Below, in pieces: positions 31,650 through 41,100 of a stretch of DNA of 64,000 nt (the first letter of the stretch is position 1; each line of letters starts with the position of its first letter). The stretch is from Anaeromyxobacteraceae bacterium (GTDB lineage Bacteria > Myxococcota > Myxococcia > Myxococcales > Anaeromyxobacteraceae): the NCBI GenBank assembly GCA_047602405.1, contig JASGHJ010000002.1, positions 2,240,001-2,304,000 on the forward strand. Direction: 5' to 3'. The notes under the pieces were generated by a model. The model did no database searches, was not told where the DNA came from, and was given only the letters and a program-made list of their open reading frames with translations. The position numbers and the translations under genes were made by a program.

Positions 31650-32283
31650 GGCGCAGGCTCCTGACGATCTCGAGGAAGTCCGGGCGCGCGGCGGCCACCG
31701 GGGCCGCCTCGCCGGTCATCTTCACGAACCACGAGTTGCCGTCGACGAGGCCGAGGCCCGCGACGAGGCGCTTCCCCTGCCCCTCGCTCGCGAAGTCGTA
31801 GACGTTGAACGCCCCCGCGGGCGTCTGGACCGCGCTGCGCGCCTTCGCCAGCGCGGCGTCGTCGATGGGCGCGAGCCCGATCTGGCCGCGCCAGCGGTTG
31901 ACGTTGGCGAGCTCGCCGCCGGCGTCGCCGGGCAGGAACGTGACCGAGACGTCGACCTTGCCCTGCACCGGCGCCCTGAGCGTCGCGTAGCGCATCCCGC
32001 CGCCGCCGACCTCCTGCGTCCAGCGCGCCGGGAGCTTCCAGGCGAGCTTCACGGCGCCGTCGGGGAGCGACGGGGCCGCCATGCCGCCGCCACCGCCGCC
32101 CGCGGGCGGCGTGCCCCCGCCGCCCATCATCGGGCCACCGCCCATCCCGCCGCCCATCGCCCCGGCGGAAGCCGGCTGCGCGGCCTCCTTCGGGACCCGG
32201 TAGTGCGCGACGTCGGGCCGGCCGCAGCCCGCGATGGCGAGCGCCGCGACGAACACCGACGGAACCACCAAGAGACGCCTCAT
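31633..32283 (-). CDS. Uncharacterised lipoprotein in the cytochrome c maturation operon
   Basis: Lipobox IAGC, Gly/Met-rich linker, LANVNRWRGQIGL, SWFVKMTG; stop overlaps the start of the resB-like gene. Confidence 0.8.
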   Translation of the reverse strand: MRRLLVVPSVFVAALAIAGCGRPDVAHYRVPKEAAQPASAGAMGGGMGGGPMMGGGGTPPAGGGGGGMAAPSLPDGAVKLAWKLPARWTQEVGGGGMRYATLRAPVQGKVDVSVTFLPGDAGGELANVNRWRGQIGLAPIDDAALAKARSAVQTPAGAFNVYDFASEGQGKRLVAGLGLVDGNSWFVKMTGEAAPVAAARPDFLEIVRSLRREASN

Positions 32284-32410
32284 CGCTTCGGATCCACCTC
32301 CGCCCGCCGGGGCGTAGGCACCGGAAGGCACGGAAGAATTTCGTGCCCGGCCGGGCCCGCGTCGCGGACCTTCGGGGGCCTCCTGAAACGGGCGGAGACT
32401 AACCCCGTCC

Positions 32411-32424
32411 CTGATCGGGATCAA
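32411..32424. promoter_or_regulatory. Putative FNR/CRP-family box
   Basis: Minus strand TTGATcccgATCAg, one mismatch to TTGAT-N4-ATCAA, about 130 nt upstream of the ccs operon. Confidence 0.4.
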
Positions 32425-32549
32425 TCCAACATCCGACGGAACGGACGCCCGGCGGTCGACCGGTATTCCGGCACGGACGGACGGTCCGTCTGGCGGTCCG
32501 GGGAGGCGTCAAACCACGCATGCGGGGCCACCGCAAGTAAGATGGCCGG

Positions 32550-33809
32550 ATGCTCTCGTCCCTCCTCGTCCTCGCCCTCGCGGCGACCCCCAGGCTGGCC
32601 GTCCTGCCGCTCGCGCACCCCGAGGGCGTCGCCGACGGGGTCACCTCGGCGCTCACCGAGGCGCTCGCCGCCGAGGTCCGGCGGCAGAGCGGCGCCGACG
32701 TCGTCACGAAGCGCGAGCTCGACAGCGTGCTCTCCCTCGAGCTCCAGAAGCAGATGCTGGGCTGCCAGACGGACGCCTGCATGGCGGAGCTGGGCGGCGC
32801 CCTCGGCGTGGACGGCATGGTCACGGGCGACGTCTCCCGGATCGGCGAGAGCTGGCTCGTGCACCTCAAGGTGGTGAAGCCCCAGAAGGCGCAGGTGGTG
32901 GCGCAGGCCGACCGGCGCATCCGGGGCGGCACGGTGGACGACGTGCTCGACCAGCTGCCGGGGATGGTGAGGGAGCTCTTTCCGGACGGCACCCCGCCCC
33001 GGAAGGCGCCCGCGGCGGTCGCCCCGCCCCCGGCCGCCCCGCCCGCTCCCCCGGCGGCCGCCGCGAAGCCGCCCGCGCTCTCGGCCGAGGAGCCCGCCGA
33101 CCTCGGCGAGGCCGCGAGGAAGCTCGTCGCGTTCACCGACGGCAAGGGACACCTCGTGGCGGTCGTCCCCTTCGACCTCGACGCCCCGCTGCTCTCCGGC
33201 GACGCGAAGCGGCTCGTCCTCGCCCGCACGATCGGCGGCGGCATGAACGGCACGGAGTCCTACGACCGCGTCTTCTGGGACCCGCGCTTCCCGCGCGGCG
33301 CCGAGCGCAGCTTCGAGTTCCGCGCCGGGAAGGCGAAGCTCGTCTGCGGCGAGAAGGAGATCCCGCTCACGCCGGTCCCGGCGAAGGAGCTGAAGGCGCT
33401 CGCGAAGGCCCGGACCCTCCAGCCGACCTGGCGCCGCATCCCGAGCGCGCTCGCCCGTGACGACGACGGCAACTACTTCCTGCTCGACGGCCTGCGCGGC
33501 GCCGACGGCGCCGCGGTCGAGGGCAAGGGGTGGGCGCTGTGGGTCGGCCCGAAGGGCGCCATGGCGCCGGTCGAGATCCGCGACGTGATCAAGGACGGCG
33601 CCGGCCTGCTCGTGCTCACCGCGGGCGGGAAGCTCAAGGTCGCGCGGGGCGCCGACGGGAAGACCACCGCCGAGTGGATCGCCGCCTCCGGCGCGCGACC
33701 GCTCGTGTGGCTCGACCCGGCCGACAACGGCCCGCGCCTCTACCGCGAGCTCTCGCCCTACGCGGGGCAGGCGCTCGGCTCCCCCTGCGATCCCCACGCG
33801 GCGCCCTGA
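32550..33809 (+). CDS. Hypothetical secreted protein with C-x4-C alpha/beta N-domain and beta-rich C-domain
   Basis: Signal-like start; KQMLGCQTDACMAELGGALG is homologous to the 21172-22296 protein; Pro/Ala linker. Confidence 0.75.
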   Translation: MLSSLLVLALAATPRLAVLPLAHPEGVADGVTSALTEALAAEVRRQSGADVVTKRELDSVLSLELQKQMLGCQTDACMAELGGALGVDGMVTGDVSRIGESWLVHLKVVKPQKAQVVAQADRRIRGGTVDDVLDQLPGMVRELFPDGTPPRKAPAAVAPPPAAPPAPPAAAAKPPALSAEEPADLGEAARKLVAFTDGKGHLVAVVPFDLDAPLLSGDAKRLVLARTIGGGMNGTESYDRVFWDPRFPRGAERSFEFRAGKAKLVCGEKEIPLTPVPAKELKALAKARTLQPTWRRIPSALARDDDGNYFLLDGLRGADGAAVEGKGWALWVGPKGAMAPVEIRDVIKDGAGLLVLTAGGKLKVARGADGKTTAEWIAASGARPLVWLDPADNGPRLYRELSPYAGQALGSPCDPHAAP

Positions 33810-33877
33810 CGGTAGGACTCCTGCCGCGGCACCCTCGCCTGTCCATCCCCGACCGGAACAGAAGAGAAGGCCCGAAG

Positions 33878-34948
33878 ATGCAGCAGACCGAGAACCTGAA
33901 CGTCTCCGCCCTCGAGGTCATGCCCTCGCCCGACGAGGTCAAGGCCCGGCACCCGCTCACGGAGGAGGCCGCGCGGAGCATCGTCGAGTACCGGCGCACG
34001 CTCGAGGCGATCCTCGACGGCCGCGACCCGCGCCTCTTCGTGGTGGTGGGACCCTGCTCGATCCACGACCCCGTCGCCGGGCTCGACTACGCCCGGCGCC
34101 TGAAGGCGCTCGCCGACGAGGTGAAGGACACGCTCTTCGTCGTGATGCGGGTCTACTTCGAGAAGCCGCGCACCGCGCTGGGGTGGAAGGGCTTCATCAA
34201 CGACCCGCACATGGACGACTCGTTCCGCATCGACGAGGGCATGGCGCGGGCGCGGCGGTTCCTGCTCGACGTGAACGCGGTCGGGCTGCCGGCCGGCACC
34301 GAGGCGCTCGACCCCATCGCGCCGCAGTACTACGGCGACCTCGTCTCCTGGACGGCCATCGGGGCGCGCACCTCCGAGTCGCAGACCCACCGCGAGATGT
34401 CGAGCGGGCTCTCCACCCCCGTCGGCTTCAAGAACTCGACCGAGGGCGACGTCGGCACGGCGGTGAACGCCATCCTCTCCGCCGCGGGCGCGCACGCCTT
34501 CCTCGGCGTGAACGGCGCGGGCCGCTCGGCGATCATCCGCACGAAGGGCAACCGCTACGGCCACGTCGTGCTGCGCGGAGGCGGCGGCCGGCCCAACTAC
34601 GACACCGTGTCCATCGCGCTCGCCGAGGAGGCGCTCGCGAAGGCGAAGCTGCCCCGGAACGTGGTGGTGGACTGCTCCCACGCGAACTCCTGGAAGAAGC
34701 CGGAGCTCCAGCCGCTCGTGCTGCGCGACGTGGTCCACCAGATCCGCGAGGGGAACCGCTCGGTGGTGGGGCTCATGATCGAGAGCTTCCTCGAGCCGGG
34801 GAACCAGCCCATCCCGGACGACCTCTCTCAGCTCCGCTACGGCTGCTCGGTCACCGACGCGTGCGTCGGCTGGGACACGACGGTCGAGATGCTGCGCGAG
34901 GCCCGCTCGGTGCTGAAGGACGTGCTGCCGGGGCGGGGGCGCGGGTAG
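33878..34948 (+). CDS. aroG: 3-deoxy-7-phosphoheptulonate (DAHP) synthase, class I (AroF/G/H type)
   Basis: GPCSIHD, RVYFEKPRT..GWKG, IGARTSESQTHRE, DCSHANS, YGCSVTDAC. Confidence 0.95.
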   Translation: MQQTENLNVSALEVMPSPDEVKARHPLTEEAARSIVEYRRTLEAILDGRDPRLFVVVGPCSIHDPVAGLDYARRLKALADEVKDTLFVVMRVYFEKPRTALGWKGFINDPHMDDSFRIDEGMARARRFLLDVNAVGLPAGTEALDPIAPQYYGDLVSWTAIGARTSESQTHREMSSGLSTPVGFKNSTEGDVGTAVNAILSAAGAHAFLGVNGAGRSAIIRTKGNRYGHVVLRGGGGRPNYDTVSIALAEEALAKAKLPRNVVVDCSHANSWKKPELQPLVLRDVVHQIREGNRSVVGLMIESFLEPGNQPIPDDLSQLRYGCSVTDACVGWDTTVEMLREARSVLKDVLPGRGRG

Positions 34949-34963
34949 CGCCGCGCCCGGCGC

Positions 34964-36691
34964 TCAGGTCTCGGAGGGATCGAGGCGGTCGAACGCGGCG
35001 CCGAGCAGGCGCACCGCGAGGAGCGACTCGCCCACCAGCACGCCGGCCGCGGCGCAGGCCGCGAGGAGCACCCCGCCCGCGCCGAGCGCGCCGGACGCGA
35101 ACCAGAAGCCGGCGAGGATCGCCGCCCCCACCCCCGCCGCGGGCAGCACCACGAGGGACAGCGCGACGAGGCCCCCGATGGCCACGACGAGCCGCAGGCC
35201 CATCGCCTCGGGGCCGCGCGCGCCCCCGCGCTCGGGGTCCTGCGGGATCCACCCGGGCAGGACCACGACGACCGCGTTCTGCAGGACGAGGCTCACGAGC
35301 GCCAGCGCCGGACCGAGCAGCGCGGCCGCGATCAGGGCCGCCGCCCGCGACGTGAGCGGGAAGTCCATCCAGAGGGTCGACGCCGCGACGACCGGCAGGA
35401 GCAGCCACTGCACGGCCACGAGCGGGAGCCAGGCGCCGAGGATCTCGCCGCGCACGAGCCGGGTGCCGGACACGGGCAGCGCGCGGAGCACGTCGAGGTA
35501 CCGCTGGTCGAGCCTGAGGTCGCTCCGGATCGCCCCCGCGCCGAGGACCGCCGAGAAGATCCAGAGCGGGAGCGCGACGGAGCCGACGATGTGGGCCGCG
35601 AGCTCGCCGCGCGGGCTCGCGAGGAACAGCGACGCGCCCGCGACGACGAGGACCAGGATCGCGCCGCGCGCGCCGAGCAGCTTCCCGAAGCCGGACGAGA
35701 TGAGCCCCTTCCAGACGAACGCGACCTCGACCGGCCCGTGCGGCCCGAGCTGGAACGGCGCCCTGCGGGGCCCCTTCCGCTCCGCGGCCCCGCGCCGCCG
35801 CTCGCGCAGCTGCTCGCGGAGCCGCGCCCGGCGCTCGGAGGCGGCCACGGCCGCCTCCTCGAAGGCCACGCCCGAGCGGATGACCCACACGTAGTGCAGG
35901 CCGAGGAGGGCGAGCGCGCCCGGCAGGTGGAGGGCGAACTCGCCCCAGGTGCGGGCGAGCACGAGCCCGGCGAGCGTGAGGCCCGGCCAGAGCGCGAGCC
36001 GGAGCGGGGAGGCCAGCACCGCGTCGCGGAAGCCCGCGGCGAAGGCCTCCGGCCGGTTCACGAGCGGAAGGCCGGAGAGGTCCACCCGGGTGACCGCCCA
36101 CGCGGCGAACGCCACGAGGCCGCCCAGCACGGCGAAGGTCCCCGCCCGACGCCGCAGGCCGCTCCAGCCCTCCCCCACCGCCGCCCAGGTGAGCGCGATG
36201 CCGAGGCGGTGCAGGTCGACCGTCGCGAACGCGATCCACGCGCCGAGCGCGAAGAGGAGCGGCCGCCCCGAGGCGGCGCGCCCGAAGATCAGGGTCGTGA
36301 AGGCCGTGCCGACCAGCCCCGCCGCGAGGAGCTGCAGCACGCGCCAGTGCAGCACCTGCACCCGGGTGAGCGGCGCCGGGAAGAGGAACTGGATCTCCGC
36401 CTCGCTCATCGCGAGGGCCCGGTGCTGCGCCCGGAAGATCCAGCCGAGGAGGAGCAGGAGCGTGCCCACCGCCGCGATCCCGATCGCCGCGAGGCCGGAG
36501 AACCCGGCCGGGATGGGCGGCACCGCCCGCGGGCCTGCCACGAGGTGCCGCCCCGCGTAGAACCAGAACCAGGCGAGCCCGACCGCGGTCGCGAGCGCGT
36601 ACCGCGGCTGGCGCAGCCGCCGGACCTGGTGGAGCACGCGGTTCTTGAGCGTCGCCCAGAGGACGAACGGCAGGACCCGGAGCACGAGCAC
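34964..36691 (-). CDS. Putative ABC exporter membrane protein
   Basis: Many TM helices, AEIQFLFPAP, FEEAAV, RSDLRLD; directly downstream of an ABC ATPase. Confidence 0.8.
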   Translation of the reverse strand: MLVLRVLPFVLWATLKNRVLHQVRRLRQPRYALATAVGLAWFWFYAGRHLVAGPRAVPPIPAGFSGLAAIGIAAVGTLLLLLGWIFRAQHRALAMSEAEIQFLFPAPLTRVQVLHWRVLQLLAAGLVGTAFTTLIFGRAASGRPLLFALGAWIAFATVDLHRLGIALTWAAVGEGWSGLRRRAGTFAVLGGLVAFAAWAVTRVDLSGLPLVNRPEAFAAGFRDAVLASPLRLALWPGLTLAGLVLARTWGEFALHLPGALALLGLHYVWVIRSGVAFEEAAVAASERRARLREQLRERRRGAAERKGPRRAPFQLGPHGPVEVAFVWKGLISSGFGKLLGARGAILVLVVAGASLFLASPRGELAAHIVGSVALPLWIFSAVLGAGAIRSDLRLDQRYLDVLRALPVSGTRLVRGEILGAWLPLVAVQWLLLPVVAASTLWMDFPLTSRAAALIAAALLGPALALVSLVLQNAVVVVLPGWIPQDPERGGARGPEAMGLRLVVAIGGLVALSLVVLPAAGVGAAILAGFWFASGALGAGGVLLAACAAAGVLVGESLLAVRLLGAAFDRLDPSET

Positions 36692-36692
36692 C

Positions 36693-37476
36693 TTAGGGGC
36701 GCTCCCCGGGCGCGGCGGCCGGCGCGGTCGCGAGCGGGTCCGGCGCCGCGCTCGTGATCCGCACGAAGAGCTCCTCGAGGCCCGCCCCGGCGCCGGAGGC
36801 CCCGAGCGTCGCGCGGATCCTCGTCGAGCGTCCCGTGCGCGACCATGCGGCCGCCGGCCACGACGAGCACCCGGTGGCAGAGCTCCTCCACCACCGGCAA
36901 CAGGTGCGAGGAGAGGACGAGCGCGGCCCCGGCCGCGGCGCGGGCCCGGAGCGACTGCTTCGTGCGGCGGATGGCGAGCGGGTCGAGCCCGGTGAGCGGC
37001 TCGTCGAGGACGATGAGCGCCGGATCGTGGAGGAACCCGCAGGCGAGCACGAGCTTCTGCTTCATGCCGCGGGAGAGCTCACCGGGGAGCGCGTCCTCCT
37101 TGCCGGCGAGCTCGAGCTCCTCGAGGAGCCGCCGGCCCTTCTCCTCGGCGCCGTCGACGCCGTAGAGCCGCGCCACGAGCGCGAGGTGCTCCTTCACGGT
37201 GAGGTACTCGAACAGGCGCGGCTCGTCGGGGAGGAACGCGAGCGCCCGCTTCGCCTCGACGGGCGCCTTCGCGAGGTCGTGCCCGCCGATGCGGATCTCG
37301 CCCGTGTTGGGCGGGAGGATGCCGCCGATGCACCGGAGGGTGGTCGTCTTGCCGGCGCCGTTCGGCCCCACCAGCCCGAGCACCTCGCCCGGCTGCACCG
37401 AGAAGGTGAGCCCGTCCACCGCCCGCAGATCACCGTAGACCTTCGAGAGCCCCGTCACCCTGAGCGCAGGTTCCAC
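36693..37476 (-). CDS. ABC transporter ATP-binding protein; frameshift near 36820
   Basis: GPNGAGKTT, LSRGMKQK, DEPLTGLD. Removing one G at GAGGATC gives ...LDEIR...LEELFVRIT...ERP* ending at 36693. Confidence 0.88.
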
Positions 37477-37555
37477 GGTCGAGGTGTACCGCGAGCGGCC
37501 TCCGCGCGAAAGCGGGCGTGACGCGATCCCGGGCGGCGTGCGATGTACGGGGCCG

Positions 37556-38155
37556 ATGCCCTCCCCCGCCCACCTCCTCGACCGCGCCGTGGACCTCGAC
37601 CGGGCGGTCTTCGGCGCGATCAACGTCGCGGGCGGGGCGCTCCTCGACGGGCTCGCGGCGCTGCTCTCGGATCGCGCCTTCGGCTTCGCCTGGGGGCTGG
37701 CGCTCGCGGCGGCGGTCGTGCTCCGCCTCGCCGCGGCCGGCGGCTCGCGGGGCCCGGCCCTCCTCCGCGCCGCGCTCCGGCCGGTCCTCGCGATCGCCCT
37801 CGCCGCGGCGGCGAGCGACTTCCTCGGGGCGACCGTGCTCCGGCCCGCCTTCGGCCGGCGCCGGCCCTGCTACGCGCTCCCCGAGGGGGAGTTCCGGCCG
37901 CTCCTCACCGCCGCCGACGTGGGGTCCCTGCCCAGCCTGCACGCCTCCAACTTCTCGGCGCTCGCCCTCGCGGTGACGCTCGCCGACCGGCGGCTCGGCC
38001 TCGTGGCCTGGCCGGTGGCGCTCGCGGTCGGCTGGAGCCGCGTCTACGGCGGCGTGCACTGGCCGGGCGACGTCCTCGGGGGCGTCGTCTGGGGCTCGCT
38101 CGCGGCGATCGCGGCGCGGGCGGTGACCCGCCCGCTCGCGATCACTCGATCCTGA
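37556..38155 (+). CDS. PAP2 family phosphatase
   Basis: RRRP, SLPSLHA, SRVYGGVHWPGDVLGG. Confidence 0.88.
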   Translation: MPSPAHLLDRAVDLDRAVFGAINVAGGALLDGLAALLSDRAFGFAWGLALAAAVVLRLAAAGGSRGPALLRAALRPVLAIALAAAASDFLGATVLRPAFGRRRPCYALPEGEFRPLLTAADVGSLPSLHASNFSALALAVTLADRRLGLVAWPVALAVGWSRVYGGVHWPGDVLGGVVWGSLAAIAARAVTRPLAITRS

Positions 38156-41100
38156 GCTCCACCCGGCGGTTCATCCCGTGGTGGCCGGGCATGGCCGGCC
38201 GGGTGTCCCCGAAGCCCACCGCGCGGAGCCGCTCCGGCGGCACGCCGGCGGCCTCGAGCGCCGCGCGCACCCTCTCGGCGCGCTGCTCGGAGAGGGCCTG
38301 GTTGTGCCGCGGGTTGCCGACCTCGTCGGCGTGGCCCTCGACCACGATCCTCACCGGCTTCGGGTTCTCCTTCACCTCCGCCGCCACGCGCTCGATCTCG
38401 TCCTCGAAGCGCCCGCTCACCTCGGTCTCGTTCACGCCGAAGTAGATGCGCGCGTCGATCGCCAGGATGGGCGGGGGCGGCAGGGGCACGGCCGCCGGCG
38501 CGCGCCGCCCCTGCGCGGCGGGCGGCTTCGGCTCCTCGGCGACGGCGAGCGGGACCGGCGGCGGCTCCACCGCGGCGGGCCGCTCGAGGCGGACGGGGGC
38601 GAGGCTCGAGTAGGTGAGCGCGAGGAAGCCGCGCCACACCGGCGTGCCGACGGCGGTCGAGACGCCGGCGCCGCCGCCCACGGTGACGGCGAGGCCGCGG
38701 GGGCCCTGCCACCGCACCGCGAGGAGCGCCTCGAGGGGGCTCGTCGCGGCGGACGCGCCGCGCTCGCCGATCACGCTGCCCTGCGCGGCCCAGCGGCCGA
38801 AGGGGAGCTCCGCCGCGAGGCCGTAGGTGACGGCGCTGCCGACGGTCGTGTCGAGGACCTTGCGCGCCGGGCGCACCGCGTAGCCGGCGTTCGCCAGCAG
38901 GCGGACCCGCCACAGCGCGAGCTCGAGATCGAGCCGGGGGGCCCAGGTCGCGGCGCCGGCGCCGAGGAACGAGGTCCGATCGCCGGTGGGGAACGAGACC
39001 GGCAGCGCGACGCCGGCCTGGAGCGGGCCGAGGGCCCCGAGCCTGAGCTTCGGGATCACCCGGACGTCGGAGAGGCCGCTCGAGGCGATGGTCGGCTGCA
39101 GCGTGGCGGGGACGTTCGGGGCGCGGCCCGCGGTCTGCGCGAGCGCGCCGGAGCCCACCACCGCGAGCTCGGCCACGCCGAACAGGCCGACCGAGGCGCC
39201 CGCGGTGAGCGTGGCCTGGCGGTCGACGATGGCGAAGGTGAGCGGCGCGCCGCCCATCCCGGTCGCCTCGATGCGCAGCGGCTTCGAGGCGTAGGAGAGG
39301 AAGATCCCGGCGCCGCGCTCGAGGTGGCCCGGCACGTCCGGCGAGCCCACCGAGAGCACGTCGCGCGCGCCGCCGAGGGGCTCGAACCGCTCGATGACGA
39401 TCGCGGTCGACGCCTCCTGGGCAGAGGCCGGCGCCGCGAGGAGGCCGGCCACCAGCGCGAGCGCCACCCCCACCGGCGCACGCCGCCGCGCGCGGAGGCG
39501 CGAGAGCGCGAGGCCCGCGAGGAGGATCGCGAGGGGCGAGCCCGAGAGGCTGCCCGACCCGCAGCTGCAACCGCCCGCCGCCCCCGCCTTCCACTCCGGC
39601 CACACGTACACGATGACCTCCGCGACGTTCCCCAGCGAATCCGTGACGCGCACTAGGTCCGCGGCGTTGCGGACGTCCCCGGCGGTGTAGAGCCCCGTGT
39701 CCGGGTCGAGCGTGCTGTTCGAGCCGCCCGGCACGATGGTCCACGCGTAGCCCTCGCCGCTCCCACCCGTCGCCTCGAAGGCGATCTGGCCGCCCGGCTC
39801 GGCGCCGCCGGGGTTCCCGCCGATGGCGAGCGACGGGCCGACCGACACCTGCGCGGTGGTCGAGTGGCCGAGGGGGTCCTGCACCTTCACCACGTCGACG
39901 ACCCCACCCTTCGAGCCGGCGGTGTAGGCGCCGGTGTCGGGGTCGAGGGTGGCGCCGGACGCGTCGGTCTCGAGCGACCAGGCGTAGCCGTAGGCGCCGA
40001 GCGCCTCGAACGACAGGGTGGCCTTCGGCGCCACCGACGGCGCGCGGGGGCGGATCTTCACGCGGTCGACGACGAGCAGCCAGCGCGCGTGGCCCGCGGC
40101 GCCGGAGGCGACGGGGCGCAGGGCGTACCAGCCCGGCACCGTCACGGCGGGGACGCTCGCGACCACCTCCTCGCCGGTCGCGACCTCGACGTGGGCGTGC
40201 CCGACCGGGCCCGAGAGCCCCTCGAGCCGCAGCACCGGACGGCTCGCCGCGGCGGCGCGCGGGCCGCCGGTGGCCGCCGGACCGCCCGCGAGGCGGGCCC
40301 CGGTGAGCTCGAGCGGCGTGCCGGGCGTGCGCGCCGGGAGCGAGGCGTCGAGCGCCGGAGCGAGCGCCGCGGAGGTCGCGAGGCCAGCGTCGAACCGCTC
40401 GGCCTCGTGGGAGAGCCCGGTGGTGTCGCCGCCCACGGCGAGCGCGTCGCCGTCGGGGAGCGGAGCGAGGGAGAGGTCCGCGCGCGCGTGCGCGAGGGCG
40501 GGCAGCGCCGAGAAGCCGGCGGCGGAGGGCACCCAGCGCTCTGCGGAGGCGAGCGGCGCGGCCGCGCGGCCCCCGGCCACGAGGACCTCGCCGGAGGGGA
40601 GCAGGAGCGCCGCGTGGTCCGTGCGCGCCTCGAGCAGCGCGGGGCCGCTCGACCAGGCCCCGGCGGTCCGGAGCTCCGTCGTGGCGAGGACGCCCGCCGG
40701 GCCTTGACCGCCGGTGACGAGCAGCCGGCCGTCCTCGAGCACGGTGGCGGCGTGGCGGGTGCGCGCCGTCGCGAGGGCGCCGTCGGCGCTCCACGCCCAG
40801 GCGGCGGAGCTCCAGCGCTCGCACGCGGCGAGGGGCGCGCCCTCCGCGTCCTCGCCGCCCGCGACGGCCACGTCGCCGCCCGGGAGGAGCGAGGCGGTGT
40901 GGTGCGCCCGGGCGACCGCGAGCGGCCGCGCGTCGGCGAACGTGCCGGCGTCCGGATCGTACGTCTCGGCCGCGGCCGTGACCCCCACGGTCGTGGTGGT
41001 CGCCCCGTTCTTCGTGACCAATCTCGTGACGACGCCGCCCGCCACGAGCACGGCGCCGCTCGGGAGGAGCACCGCGGTGTGCGCGCTCCGCGCGAGGCGG

